NCBI RefSeq assembly: GCF_009914755.1
Contig: NC_060931.1
Direction: 5' to 3' (one strand)
From: the human T2T-CHM13v2.0 reference genome, Homo sapiens
Length of the DNA: 64,000 nucleotides
Shown here: piece after piece, positions 31,273 to 43,048 of the stretch
Position numbering within the stretch: the first letter of the stretch is position 1
How the letters are laid out: every line of letters starts with the position of its first letter
Notes under the pieces: generated by a model
What the model was told of the DNA's origin: nothing
The model's database searches: none
The model's input: the letters and a program-made list of their open reading frames with translations, nothing else
Position numbers and translations under genes: made by a program

Positions 31273-32917
31273 GCAGGCATTGAAGAACATTGTTGTACCA
31301 AGTCAGGTATGAGATCTTTAAGGAAGGTGAGACACATGAGGTTAGTACCACATTTGCCAGGGTTTTCCAGAAAGGCATCTTCCTGACCTTGGTACAGGAA
31401 AATGTGACCCAACCAGAGGTTAGTGGTCTTGGTAACCAAAAGAAGCAAAAAATAGAGTTCAAAGCTAATAAGCTGGTTGGGAATTGGGGGTTAATGTACC
31501 ATATGGGAGAGAGAAAGAACCCTGGAAATGGGTGTGTAAATGCCATTTTGGTCCTTCCGTGACTCTTTAGCTGTGTGACAGTTGGCTAAGAAGAGGAGAG
31601 ACCTAGTAGAAAGCAACTGCTGGGAAAGCAGAAGAGATCATCAGGGACTGAAAATTTCCTGGAAACCTACTGGGTTTCAGATCCAGCCAGATGGGGAAAT
31701 GTTGGTAAACAACTGAGAAACCCAGTTGGGACCCTAAAGATTCTGTCTAAGGAGAGGTACAGTATCCTAGGAGTAAGGCATATGTCCTAAGAGGAAAATA
31801 AAATATCATTACCATAGCACAGCTTAAAACTAGGTCTTGAGAGCAGCAAGGTGATCTGCAGGTAATATAACATCTGTCCAGAAAAAAATTCAAAATTTTT
31901 GGGCATTTCTATATCATATTATCCAGAAACTCAGCATACTTTTAAAAAGTTACCACATACACAAAAAAGCAAGAAATACAGACTCATAAAAAATAAATCA
32001 ATTATTAAAAACAAATTCACAGATAATCCAGATATTGGAGTTAATAGATAGGGCATCATAATATCTATGATCAATATAAAGGAAAGAAAGAAAAAATGAA
32101 AGACAAAGCAGGTCGTGTCCTATTTCCTTCTGGCAGCTCTAAAATGCTCACTTTATTTATTGGCATAGATTTCGATTTCCTAAATTATGTTTGATGTTTC
32201 AAGCAAAAATCATAGCATTGTCTGGTGTTAATCTAAATGGATGTAAGACAATGATACTATAAATTTGAGAGGGTAAAGAGACATAAAATGACATAGGGTT
32301 GCTATACTACACTCAAACTGGAATACAGATGACACCAATTGACTGTGATAATGTATGTATAAAGGAATATCTAGAACAACCACTAAGCTATAAAAAGCAA
32401 CCAGAAAACTATAAAAAAGAAGATACATCATAAACACTATGAATAACAAAATGGAATTCTAAAATAAATGTTCAAATAACCCACAGAAAGTCATGAAAAA
32501 CAAGCAGAGACACAAGAGTTGATAGAGAAAACAAAAACTGTCAGGCTTATGCACTAAAGTATCAATAATTCATTTAATTATGAATGGTCTACCAAGAGAC
32601 AGATAATAGAAGAGTGTATGTAAAAGTATGACCCTTTCTTATATGTTTCTTGCATGCTGTGTACAAGAAACTCACTTGAAATTTACCAATACAGGGCAGG
32701 CCAAATTAACAGGATGAAAAAAGATATATTACACAAACATTAATGAAAGGAAAGCAAGAGTGCCTGTATGTATATCAGATAAAGCAAAGAAAATTACCAG
32801 AAACAGAGAGATTATATAATGATCAAAGGTTTAATTCATGAAGAAGACAGCAATTTTAAAAGTGTATTCACCAAAAAATAAAGCTTCAAAATATGTGATG
32901 TGAAAACTGCCAGAACT

Positions 32918-35900
32918 AAGGCGGGCCGGGCTCAGACCAGCGCTGCCTCAGGATGTGAAGTGTAACAAGAGGGCCAGGGGAGGTGGTGGGGGACAACATG
33001 GGCCTGTGAGGCCTGTGGGTGCCCGCGTTCCCCAGCTCCCCCCGCAGCCCGCTCCACAGTGGTCCGCTCCGGTTGGTTGTCACGTGCGCATTCGGGTTCC
33101 AGACCCAAGGCTGCGTGTTCTCCACCGCTTGTTGTGGCCAGTGTTACTGCGGTGACCGCCAGAGCAGCCTCGACGCTATGGAGGAGCCTGGTGCTACCCC
33201 TCAGCCCTACCTGGGGCTGGTCCTGGAGGAGCTACGCAGAGTTGTGGCAGCACTACCTGAGAGTATGAGACCAGATGAGAATCCTTATGGTTTTCCATCG
33301 GAACTGGTGGTATGTGCAGCTGTTATTGGATTTTTTGTTGTTCTCCTTTTTTTGTGGAGAAGTTTTAGATCGGTTAGGAGTCGGCTTTACGTGGGAAGAG
33401 AGCAAAAACTTGGTGCAACGCTTTCTGGACTAATTGAAGAAAAATGTAAACTACTTGAAAAGTTTAGCCTTATTCAAAAAGAGTATGAAGGCTATGAAGT
33501 AGAGTCATCTTTAGAGGATGCCAGCTTTGAGAAGGCGGCAGCAGAAGAAGCACGAAGTTTGGAGGCAACCTGTGAAAAGCTGAACAGGTCCAATTCTGAA
33601 CTTGAGGATGAAATCCTCTGTCTAGAAAAAGACTTAAAAGAAGAGAAATCTAAACATTCTCAACAAGATGAATTGATGGCGGATATTTCAAAAAGTATAC
33701 AGTCTCTAGAAGATGAGTCAAAATCCCTCAAATCACAAATAGCTGAAGCCAAAATCATCTGCAAGACATTTAAAATGAGTGAAGAACGACGGGCTATAGC
33801 AATAAAAGATGCTTTGAATGAAAATTCTCAACTTCAGACAAGCCATAAACAGCTTTTTCAGCAAGAAGCTGAAGTATGGAAAGGAGAAGTGAGTGAACTT
33901 AATAAACAGAAAATAACATTTGAAGACTCCAAAGTACACGCAGAACAAGTTCTGAATGATAAAGAAAATCACATCAAGACCCTGACTGGACACTTGCCAA
34001 TGATGAAAGATCAGGCTGCTGTGCTTGAAGAAGACACAACGGATGATGATAACCTGGAATTAGAAGTGAACAGTCAATGGGAAAATGGTGCTAACTTAGA
34101 TGATCCTCTGAAAGGAGCTTTGAAGAAACTGATTCATGCTGCTAAGTTAAATGTTTCTTTAAAAAGCTTAGAAGGAGAAAGAAACCACATTATTATTCAG
34201 TTATCTGAAGTGGACAAAACAAAGGAAGAGCTTACAGAGCATATTAAAAATCTTCAGACTCAACAAGAATCTTTGCAATCAGAAAACATATATTTTGAAA
34301 GTGAGAATCAGAAGCTTCAACAGAAACTTAAAATAATGACTGAATTCTATCAAGAAGATGAAATGAAACTCTATAGGAAATTAACAGTGGAGGAAAATTA
34401 CCGAATAGAGGAAGAAGAGAAGCTTTCTAAAGTGGAAGAAAAGCTCAGCCGTGCCACTGAACAGCTGGAGACCTATAGAAAGCTAGCCAAAGATCTTGAA
34501 GAAGAATTGGAGAGAACTGTTCATTTTTATCAAAAGCAGGTTATTTCCTACGAGAAAAGAGGACATGATAATTGGTTGGCAGCTCGGACTGCTGAAAGAA
34601 ACCTCAGTGATTTAAGGAAAGAAAATGCTCACAACAAACAAAAATTAACTGAAACAGAGTTGAAATTTGAACTTTTAGAAAAAGATCCTAATGCACTTGA
34701 TGTTTCAAATACAGCATTTGGCAGAGAGCATGCCCCGAATGGTCCCGCACCATTGGGTCAGCGTTCATCTGAAACGAGAGCTTTTCTCTCTCCTCAAACT
34801 TTGTTGGAGGATCCACTGGGACTCTCACCTGTGCTTCCGGAGGGAGGAGGAAGAGGCCCAAGAGGCCCAGGGAATCCCCTGGACCATCAGATTACCAATG
34901 AAAGAGGAGAACCAAGCTGTGACAGGTTAACCGATCCTCACAGGGCTCCTTCTGACACTGGGTCCCTGTCATCTCCGGTGGAACAGGACTGTAAGATGAT
35001 GTTTCCTCCACCAGGACAATCATATCCTGATTCAGCTCTTCCTCCTCAAAGGGAAGACAGATTTTATTCTAATTCTGAAAGACTGTCTGGATCAGCAGAA
35101 CCCAGAAGTTTTAAAATGACTTCTTTGGATAAAATGGATGGGTCAATGCCTTCAGAAATGGAATCCAGTAGAAATGATGCCAAAGATGATCTTGGTAATT
35201 TAAATGTGCCTGATTCATCTCTCCCTGCTGAAAATGAAGCAACTGGCCCTGGCCTTATTCCTCCACCTCTTGCTCCAGTCAGAGGACCATTGTTTCCAGT
35301 GGATACAAGGGGCCCGTTCATGAGAAGAGGACCTCCTTTCCCCCCACCTCCTCCAGGAACCATGTTTGGAGCTTCTCGAGGTTATTTTCCACCAAGGGAT
35401 TTCCCAGGTCCACCACATGCTCCATTTGCAATGAGAAACATCTACCCACCGAGGGGTTTACCTCCTTACTTTCACCCGAGACCTGGATTTTACCCCAACC
35501 CCGCATTCTGAAGGTAGAAGCGAGTTCCCTTCAGGATTGATTCCGCCTTTAATGCTACTGAACATCCAGGACCACAAAAGAAACCTGACAATATTGTTGC
35601 TTTCTTCAAAAGTAATTTTGACTGATCTCATTTTCAGTTTAAGTAACTGCTATTACTTAAGTGATTGCACTTTTGCTCAAATTGAAGTTTAATGGAATTA
35701 TAATTCTCAGGATAGTATTTTGTAAATAAAGATGTTTTAAATAGGAATCTTATGAGTAAATCATTCCATTTTATTATTCTAGATCATATAACTATTTTAA
35801 TTTGGTGAATTAATCCACTGTTATAGAAACAATAATGGGAGTTTTATATATGTAATCTTGCAGGTGGGGAGGCTTTAAATTCTAAAGGTTGTGGTGTCTT

Positions 35901-35994
35901 CATGCCAAGAACTGTATTCACTGTGGTTGTAGATAAATGTGAAAGTAACTTTATGCTTAATTTAATAAACTTTAGTTGATTTTTTTTTTAAAAA
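32918..35994 (+). other. Extent of the CTAGE retroposed mRNA
   Basis: Perfect 16-bp TSD GAAAACTGCCAGAACT at 32902-32917 and 35995-36010; AATAAA at 35964-35969; short A tract. Confidence 0.93.
33178..35511 (+). CDS. CTAGE15: cTAGE family member, 777 aa, intronless retrogene of MIA2/CTAGE5 (CTAGE15; near-identical paralog CTAGE6)
   Basis: Uninterrupted [22 protein letters not shown]... with a TM segment ([18 protein letters not shown]), long coiled coil and Pro-rich tail. ATG at 33178 in context GCTATGG, TGA at 35509-35511. Paralog assignment is from orientation and neighbours. Confidence 0.9.
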
Positions 35995-36103
35995 GAAAAC
36001 TGCCAGAACTGAAAGTAGGTATAGATGAATCCACAATTATAGTTGGAAATTTTCTCTTGCGTTTTTCAATAATGGATAGAACTAGACAGAAAATCAGCAA
36101 GGA

Positions 36104-36207
36104 GTGTTGGCTTTGGCAGCACTTTCTAAAATTAGAATGACACAGACAAGATTAACACGTCTCCTGCATATAGATTACACAAAATTTTGTGAAGCGTTTC
36201 ATATTTT
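36104..36207 (+). pseudogene. U6 snRNA pseudogene
   Basis: GTGTTGGCTTTGGCAGCAC..AAAATTAGAATGACACAGACAAGATTA..GTGAAGCGTTTCATATTTT aligns end to end with U6. A-rich tail; TSD AGAAAATCAGCAAGGA / AGAAAATCAACAAGAA at 36088-36103 and 36226-36241. Confidence 0.92.
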
Positions 36208-37618
36208 AAAAGGGGGGAAAAAAAAAGAAAATCAACAAGAATATAAAACAACTCAAAATGCCATTAACCAAAAGAATCTATTTGGCATTTACAGAATATT
36301 CCACACAACAACAGCAGAATACACATTTTTTTTGAGTGCTGACGAAACACATGGCAAGATAGAGCTATCCTAGGCCCTAAAACTCACCAGAACAAATTTA
36401 AAAGAGATCGTAATCATCCAGAGCAGGTGAAAACCAGAAACCATTGTAGGGAATCCAATTGGAAATCAGCATAAGAAAGATATGAAAATTCCCAAACACT
36501 TGGAAATTAAAAAAACACACTTCTAACTAATCTATCGGTCAAAGAAGAAGTCTCAAGGAAAAATTTTAAAAATACATTGAACTGGATAAACATGAAACTG
36601 TGACATATCAATGTACTGAGAAGGAAACTTATAGCAGTAAATGCATGCATTAGTAAAGAGGAAAAGTCTCGAGTGAGCAATAGATTTCCACCTCAGGAAC
36701 CTAGAAAAAGAAGAGCAGAATAAACTCAAAGCAAGTAGAGGGTGGAGATTAATGAAGATAAGAAAAGAAAACACTTATATTTAAAAGAGAAAAAATAGTT
36801 AAACCAATAAAACAAAGGGATAGTTCTGTTAAAAGATTAATAAAATTTAGCAAACTCAAACAGAAATTAAAAGGAAAAGAAAAGGCATAAATTTTAAATA
36901 CCATAATGAAACAGGTGATATCACTACAGACACCACATATAACAAAGGACAATCAAGGAATATTACAAACCACTCCACACACATAAATTAGACAACTTAG
37001 ACAAAATGGACAAAATGCAGTGTTCCTCCTGCAACACAAGCAAACTCAACTCACCACGCATGAATAGATCATTTGAATAACTCTATAACCATTAAGAAAA
37101 TTGAATTCATAATTTTAAAACTACCAGAAAAGGAATCTCTAGGTTTAGATGGTTTCACTGGAGAATTCTACCATGTTTAAAAAAAAAAACACCAATTCTA
37201 CACAATCTTTTCCAGAAAACAGAAAAGGAGAGAACACTCCCCAATTTATTTTTTGAAGCTATTATTACACTGATACCAAAACCAGGAGAGAGAGTGGGTG
37301 TGTGTGTGTATATGTAAAGATATGTATAACTTAATATTAACAAATAGAGTTCTACAGTATATTAAAAAAATGTACCCCATGTCCAAGGGGGGTTGTTTCC
37401 AGAAATACAAGCCTGATTAAGTCTCAAAAAGTCAATCAAAATAATCCACCATGTTAACAAACAAAAGAAAAGTTACGTTGCATCAGTTGATGCATAATAA
37501 ACATTTAACAAATTTAACACATTTCAATATCCATTCATGATAAAATCTCTCTATAAAGCAGGAATAGAGGAAACTTTATCCACTTGATAAAAAGCATCTA
37601 CAAAAAGCTAACATTATA

Positions 37619-38067
37619 CAGTCATGTGTTGTTTAACGATGCGTTAAATGATATGTTCTGAGAAATGTGCTGTCAAGTGAATTTGTCATTGTGCAAATGT
37701 CGTAGAGTGTACTTACAGAAACCTAGGTGGTATATATAGTAGCCACTATACACCTTGGCTATATGGAAGAGCTCATAGCTCCTACGGGACAAACCTGTGC
37801 AGCACATTAGTGTAGTGAATACTATAGGCAATTGTAACACAGTAAGTGTTATGTTTATGGTAACAATTTGTAATAGTCACCAACTGTGGTATTTATGTAA
37901 CTAAGTATATCTAAATACATGAAATGTACAGTAGAAAATATAAAAGATTTTTAAGATGGTACACCTGTATAGGGAACTTACAATAAATGGAGCTTGCAGG
38001 ACTGGAGTTGCCTGGGCGAGTTAGTGAGTGAGTGGTGAGTGAATATGAAGGCCTAGGACATTACTGG
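37619..38067. mobile_element. Tigger3-family DNA transposon, truncated
   Basis: TA+CAGTCATGTGTTGTTTAACGA..GTTCTGAGAAATG terminus; ends abruptly at the L1PA junction. Confidence 0.8.
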
Positions 38068-41000
38068 CTGTGGGTTTGTCACAGATAGCTCTTATTATTT
38101 TAAGATGTGTTCCATCAATACCTAGTTTATTGAGAGTTTTTAGCATGAAAGGCTGTTGAATTTTGTCAAAGGCCTTTTTTGCATCTATTGAGATAACTGT
38201 GTGGGTTTTGTCATTGGCTGTGCTTATGTTACGGATTACGTTTATTGATTTGCATATGTTGAACCTGCCTTGCATCCCAGGGATAAAGCCAACTTGATGG
38301 TGGTGGATAAGCTTTTTGATGTGCTGCTGGATTCTGTTTGCCAGTATTTTATTGAGGATTTTTGCATTGATGTTCATCAGGGATATTGGCCTGAAATTTT
38401 CTTTTTTTGTTGTGTCTCTGCCAGGTTTTGGTATCAGGATGATGCTGGCCTCATAAAATGAGTTAGGGAGGAGTCCTCTTTTTCTATTGATTGGAATAGT
38501 TTCTGAAGGAATGGTATCAGCTCCTCTTTGTACCTCTGGTAGAATTCAGCTGTGAATCCATCTGGTCCTGGGTTTTTTTTGGTTGCTAGGCTATTAATTA
38601 CTGCCTCAATTTCAGAACTTGTTATTGGTCTATCCAGGGAATCGAGTTCTTCCTGGTTTAGTCTTGGCAGGGTGTATGTGTCCGATAATGTATCCATTTC
38701 TTCTAGATTTTCTAGTTTATTTGCGTAGAGGTGTTTATACTATTCTCTGATGGTAGTTTGCATTTGTGTGGCATCAGTAGTGATATCCCCTTTATCATTT
38801 TTATTGTGTCTATTTGATTCTTCTCTCTTTTCTTCTTTATTAGTCCAGCTAGCAGTCTATTTTGTTCATCTTTTCAAAAAACAAACAAGCAAAAAAACAG
38901 CTCCTGGATTCATTTTTTTAAAAGGGTTTTTCGTATCTCTATCTCCTTCAGTTCTGCTCTGATCTTAGTTATTTCTTGTCTTCTGCTAGCTTTTGAATTT
39001 GTTTGCTCCTGCTTCTCTAGTTCTTTGAATTGTGATGTTAGGGTGTCAGTTTTAGATCTTTCCCACTTTCTCCTGTGGGCTTTTATTGCTATAAATTTCC
39101 CTCGAAACACTGCTTTAGCTGTGTCCCAGAGATTCTGGTACGTTGTGTCTTTGTTCTCATTGGTTTCAAAGAACTTATTTATTTCTGTTTTAATTTTATT
39201 ATTTACTCAGTAGTCATTCAGGAGGATGTTGTTCAGTTTCCATACAGTTGTGCAGTTTTGAGTCAGTTTCTTAATCCTGAGTTCTAATTTGATTGCACTG
39301 TGGTCTGAGAGACTGTTTGTTATGATTTCCCTTCTTTTGTATTTGCTGAGGAGTGTTTTACTTCCAATTATATGGTCAATTTTAGAATAAGTGTGATGTG
39401 GTGCTGAGAAGAATGTATATTCTGCTGATTTGGCATGCAGAGTTCTGTAGATGTCTATTAGGTCCACTTGGTCCAGAGCTGAGTTCAAGTCCAGAATATC
39501 ATTGTTAATTTTCTGTCTTGTTGATCTGTTTAGCATCAACAGTAGGGTGTTAAAGTCTCCCACTATTATTGTGTGGGAGTCTAAGTCTCTTTGTAGGTCT
39601 CTAAGAACTTGCTTTATGAATCTGGGTGCTCCTGTATTGGATGCATGTATATCTAGCATAGATAGCTCTTCTTGTTGCATTGATCCTTCTACCATTTTGT
39701 AATGCCTTATTTGTCTTTTTTGATCTTTGTTGGTTTACAGTCTGTTCTATCAGAGACTAGAATTGCAACCCCTGATTTTTTTTTTTTTTTTTTTTTTGCT
39801 TTCTATTTTCTTGGTAAATCTTCTCCCATCCCTTCATTTTGAGCCTGTGTGTGTCTTTGCACATGAGATGGGTCTCCTGAATACAGCACACCGATGGGTC
39901 TGGACTCTTTATCCAATTTGCCAGTCTGTCTTTTAATTGGGACATTTAGCTTGTTTACATTTAAGGTTAATATTGTTATGTGTGAATTTGATCGTGTCAT
40001 TATGATGTTAGTTGGTTACTTTGCCTATTAGTTGATGCAGTTTCTTCATAGTGTTGATGGTCTTTACAATTTGGTACATTTTTGCAGTGGCTGGTACCAG
40101 TTGTTCCTTTCCACATTTAGTGCTTCCTTCAGGAGCTTTTGTAACACCGGCCTGGTGGTGACAAAATCACTGAGCATTTGCTTGTCTGTGAAGGATTTTA
40201 CTTCTCTTTCACTTATGAAGTTTAGTTTGGCTGGATATGAAATTTTGGGTTGAAAATTCTTTTCTTTAAGAATGTGAGGGCAGGGATGCAGCTGAAAAGC
40301 TGGCGGCCCAGACAGAAGTCTGCCCCAAGCAGCCTGAGCCCTCAGGCACCCCCCAGCTCCCTGGGAGCTCCCCTCCACCTGCCAACGTCAGTGCCACACT
40401 GGTGTCTGAAAGGAAAAACAGGAACAGGACAGACTAACCTTTTAAATGACGTGAAAAAATCAGAGGTGAAAATTGTACATTTGGAATGTATTTATGTAAA
40501 TTTTGTTGAAATTTAGTGTAAACAAAGATTTTCTCAGTGGTCTAGAAAATAAAAAAGAAAAAAAAAAGAAAAGAATGTGGAATATTGGTCCCCACTCTCT
40601 TCTTGCTTGTAGGGTCCTGCCAAGTCTGCTATTACTCTGATGGGTTTCCCTTTGTGAATAACCTGACCTTTCTCTCTGGCTGTCCTGAACAGTTTTTCCT
40701 TCATTTCAGCCTTGGTGAATCTGATGATTATTTGTCTTGGGGTTTTTCTTCTCAAGGAGTATCTTTGTGGTGTTCTCTGTATTTCCTGAATTTGAATGTT
40801 GGTCTGTCTTGCTAGGTTGGGGAAGTTCTCCTGGATAATATCCTGAAGTGTGTTTTCCAACTTGGTTCCATTCTCCTGGTCACTTTCAGGTATACCAATC
40901 AAACGTAGGTTTGGTCTTTTCATGTAGTCCCATATTTCTTGGAGGCTTTGTTCATTCCTTTTCATTCTTTTTTCTCTAATCTTGTCTTCATGCTTTATTT

Positions 41001-42158
41001 CATTAAGTTGATCTTCAATCTCTGATATCCTTTCTTCCGTTTGATTGATTCAGCTATTGATACTTGTGTATGCTTCACAAAGTCATCGTGTTGTGTTTTT
41101 CAGCTCCATCAGGTCATTTATGTTCTTCTCTAAACTGGTTATTCTAGTTGGCAATTCCTGTAATGTGTTTTCAAGGTTCTTAGCTTCCTTGCATTGGGTT
41201 ATAACATGCACCTTTAGCTCAGAGAGGTTTGTTTTACCTACCTTCTGAAGCCTACTTCTGCCAATTCATCACTCATTCTCCATGCAGTTTTGTTCCCTTG
41301 CTGGCGAGGAGTTGTGATCCTTTGGAGGAGAAGAGGCTTTCCGGTTTTTGGCATTTTCGGCAATTTTGCACTGCTTTTTCCTCATTTTTGTGGATTTATC
41401 TACCTTTGGTCTTCGATGTTGGTGACCTACAACATCGAAGATGAAACCCCATGAAGATGGGGTTTCAGTGTGGATGTCCTTTTTGCTGAAATTGATGCTA
41501 TTCCTTTCTGTTTGTTAGTTTTTCTTCTAACAGTCAGGCCCCTCTGCTGCAGGTCTGCTGGAGTTTGCTGGAGGTCCACTCCAGACCTTGTTTGTCTGGG
41601 TATCACCAGCGAGGGCTGAAGAACAACAAAGATTGCTGCCTGTTCCTTCCTCTAGAAGCTTCATCCTAGAGGGGCACCTATCAGATGTCAGCCTGAGCTC
41701 TCCTGTAGGAGGTGTCTGTCAACCCCTAATGGGAGGTGTCTCCTAGTCAGGATGCACTGGGTTCAGGGACCCACTTGAGGACACAGTCTGTCCCTTAGCA
41801 GAGCTTAAGCACTGTGCTGGGAGATCCACTACTCTATTCAGAGCTGGCAGGCAGGGACGTTTAAGTCTGCTGAAGCTGTGCCCACAGCCACCCTTTCCCC
41901 CAGCTGCTCTGTCCCAGGGAGGTGGGAGTTTTATTTATAATCCCCTGACTGGGCTGCTGCCTTTGTTTCAGAGATGCCCTGCCCGGGGAGGAGGAATCCA
42001 GGGAGGCAGTCTGGCTACAGTGGCTTTGCTGAGCTGCTAGCTGCAGTGGGCTCTACCCTGTTTGAACTTCCCAGCAGCTTTGTTTACCACCTATTCAAGC
42101 CTCAGTAATGGCAGATGCCCCTCCCCACACCAAGCTCCAGCGTCCCAAGTCAACTTCC
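38068..42158 (-). mobile_element. L1PA7/8-like element, truncated at both ends
   Basis: ORF1 remnant 40534-40965, endonuclease remnant 39207-39695 (IIVGDFNT, SDH), RT N-terminus 38021-38377. Has no 3' end and lacks the start of the 5'UTR. Confidence 0.9.
40276..40570 (+). pseudogene. 5'-truncated processed pseudogene fragment, TXNDC11-like
   Basis: 40276-40437 translates EGRDAAEKLAAQTEVCPKQPEPSGTPQLPGSSPPPANVSATLVSERKNRNRTD*, matching my recollection of the TXNDC11 C-terminus. Followed by 3'UTR and poly(A); TSD AAGAATGTG at 40268-40276 and 40571-40579. Confidence 0.8.
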
Positions 42159-42499
42159 AATTATGATGCTCATAATCAAATTATGATGGAAGCGTGAATC
42201 TGGCACCAGCTACTTTGGTGTCAAGTAGCCAAGTCACGTACTAATTTATTTTTAATGTAAAGCTATACAACCTTCTTTCTATACTTAAAATTTTAATTAA
42301 AATATTACTAAAAATTTCTTAATGATTTTATTTCATGGTGAAAGAGACTCAGTCTGGAATGTAAAGTATGTCTTACAAGTATTTCTCATTTTGCAGGACA
42401 TTGTCTAGGTGTCCCTCTCCCATGGATGATCATTAGTGTGGTTTATCTTTATGCTTTGAGAAAATAAGTCTGTAGTATGTTATTATATTCTACTATATA

Positions 42500-43048
42500 A
42501 AGATACTCTTCAACTTATGATAAGATCATGTTTCAATAAACCCATCATAAGTTGATACTATTCTAAGTTGAAGATGCTGTTTTTTTTAAACAAAATGTAG
42601 ACTCTTGCCATGTTGCCCAGGCTGGAGTGCAGTGGCTATTCTCACGTGTGCTCATAGTGCACTATAGTCTCAAACTCCTTGAGCTCAAACAATCCTCCTG
42701 CCTCAGCTTCCTGAGCAGCTGAGACTATAGGCACAAACCACTATACCTGGCTTGAAGATATGTTTAATAAACCTAACCTACCCAACTTCATAGCTTAGCC
42801 TAGCCCACCTTAACCGTGCTTAGAACACTAACATTAGCCTACAGTTGGGCAAAATAATCTTACACAAAGCCTATATTATAGTAAACTGTTGAATATTTCA
42901 TGTAATTTATTGAGTACTGTACTGAAAATGAAAAATATAATGGTAGCATGAGTACTTGAAATATGGTTCCTACTCAATACGTATCACTTTCCCACCATCA
43001 TACAGTTGAAAATCTTAAGTGAAACCATTGTAAGTTGGTGACTGTCTG
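42500..43048. mobile_element. MER47/Tigger-type DNA element containing a FAM monomer (42579-42751, minus)
   Basis: CTTCAACTTATGAT..AAACCCATCATAAGTTG and ..GTAAGTTGGTGACTGTCTG-TA termini. The insert has the FAM-type GGCTATTCTCAC..CATAGTGCACTATAG segment. Confidence 0.75.

Larger units (their letters stand above)
30790..37618 (+). mobile_element. Old L1M element hosting the THE1, CTAGE and U6 insertions
   Basis: L1M4/MC-like 5' start (ACCCTCCCA..CTGGACAAAATATA). Degenerate ORF2 endonuclease sequence resumes on both sides of each insert. Confidence 0.7.

Noticed and set aside
33019-33177. 830-aa version of the CTAGE ORF
   Set aside because: The extension starts at GTG in the retroposed 5'UTR; the family start is MEEPG at 33178.
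36104-36373. 89-aa ORF
   Set aside because: Chance translation of the U6 pseudogene and flanking L1.
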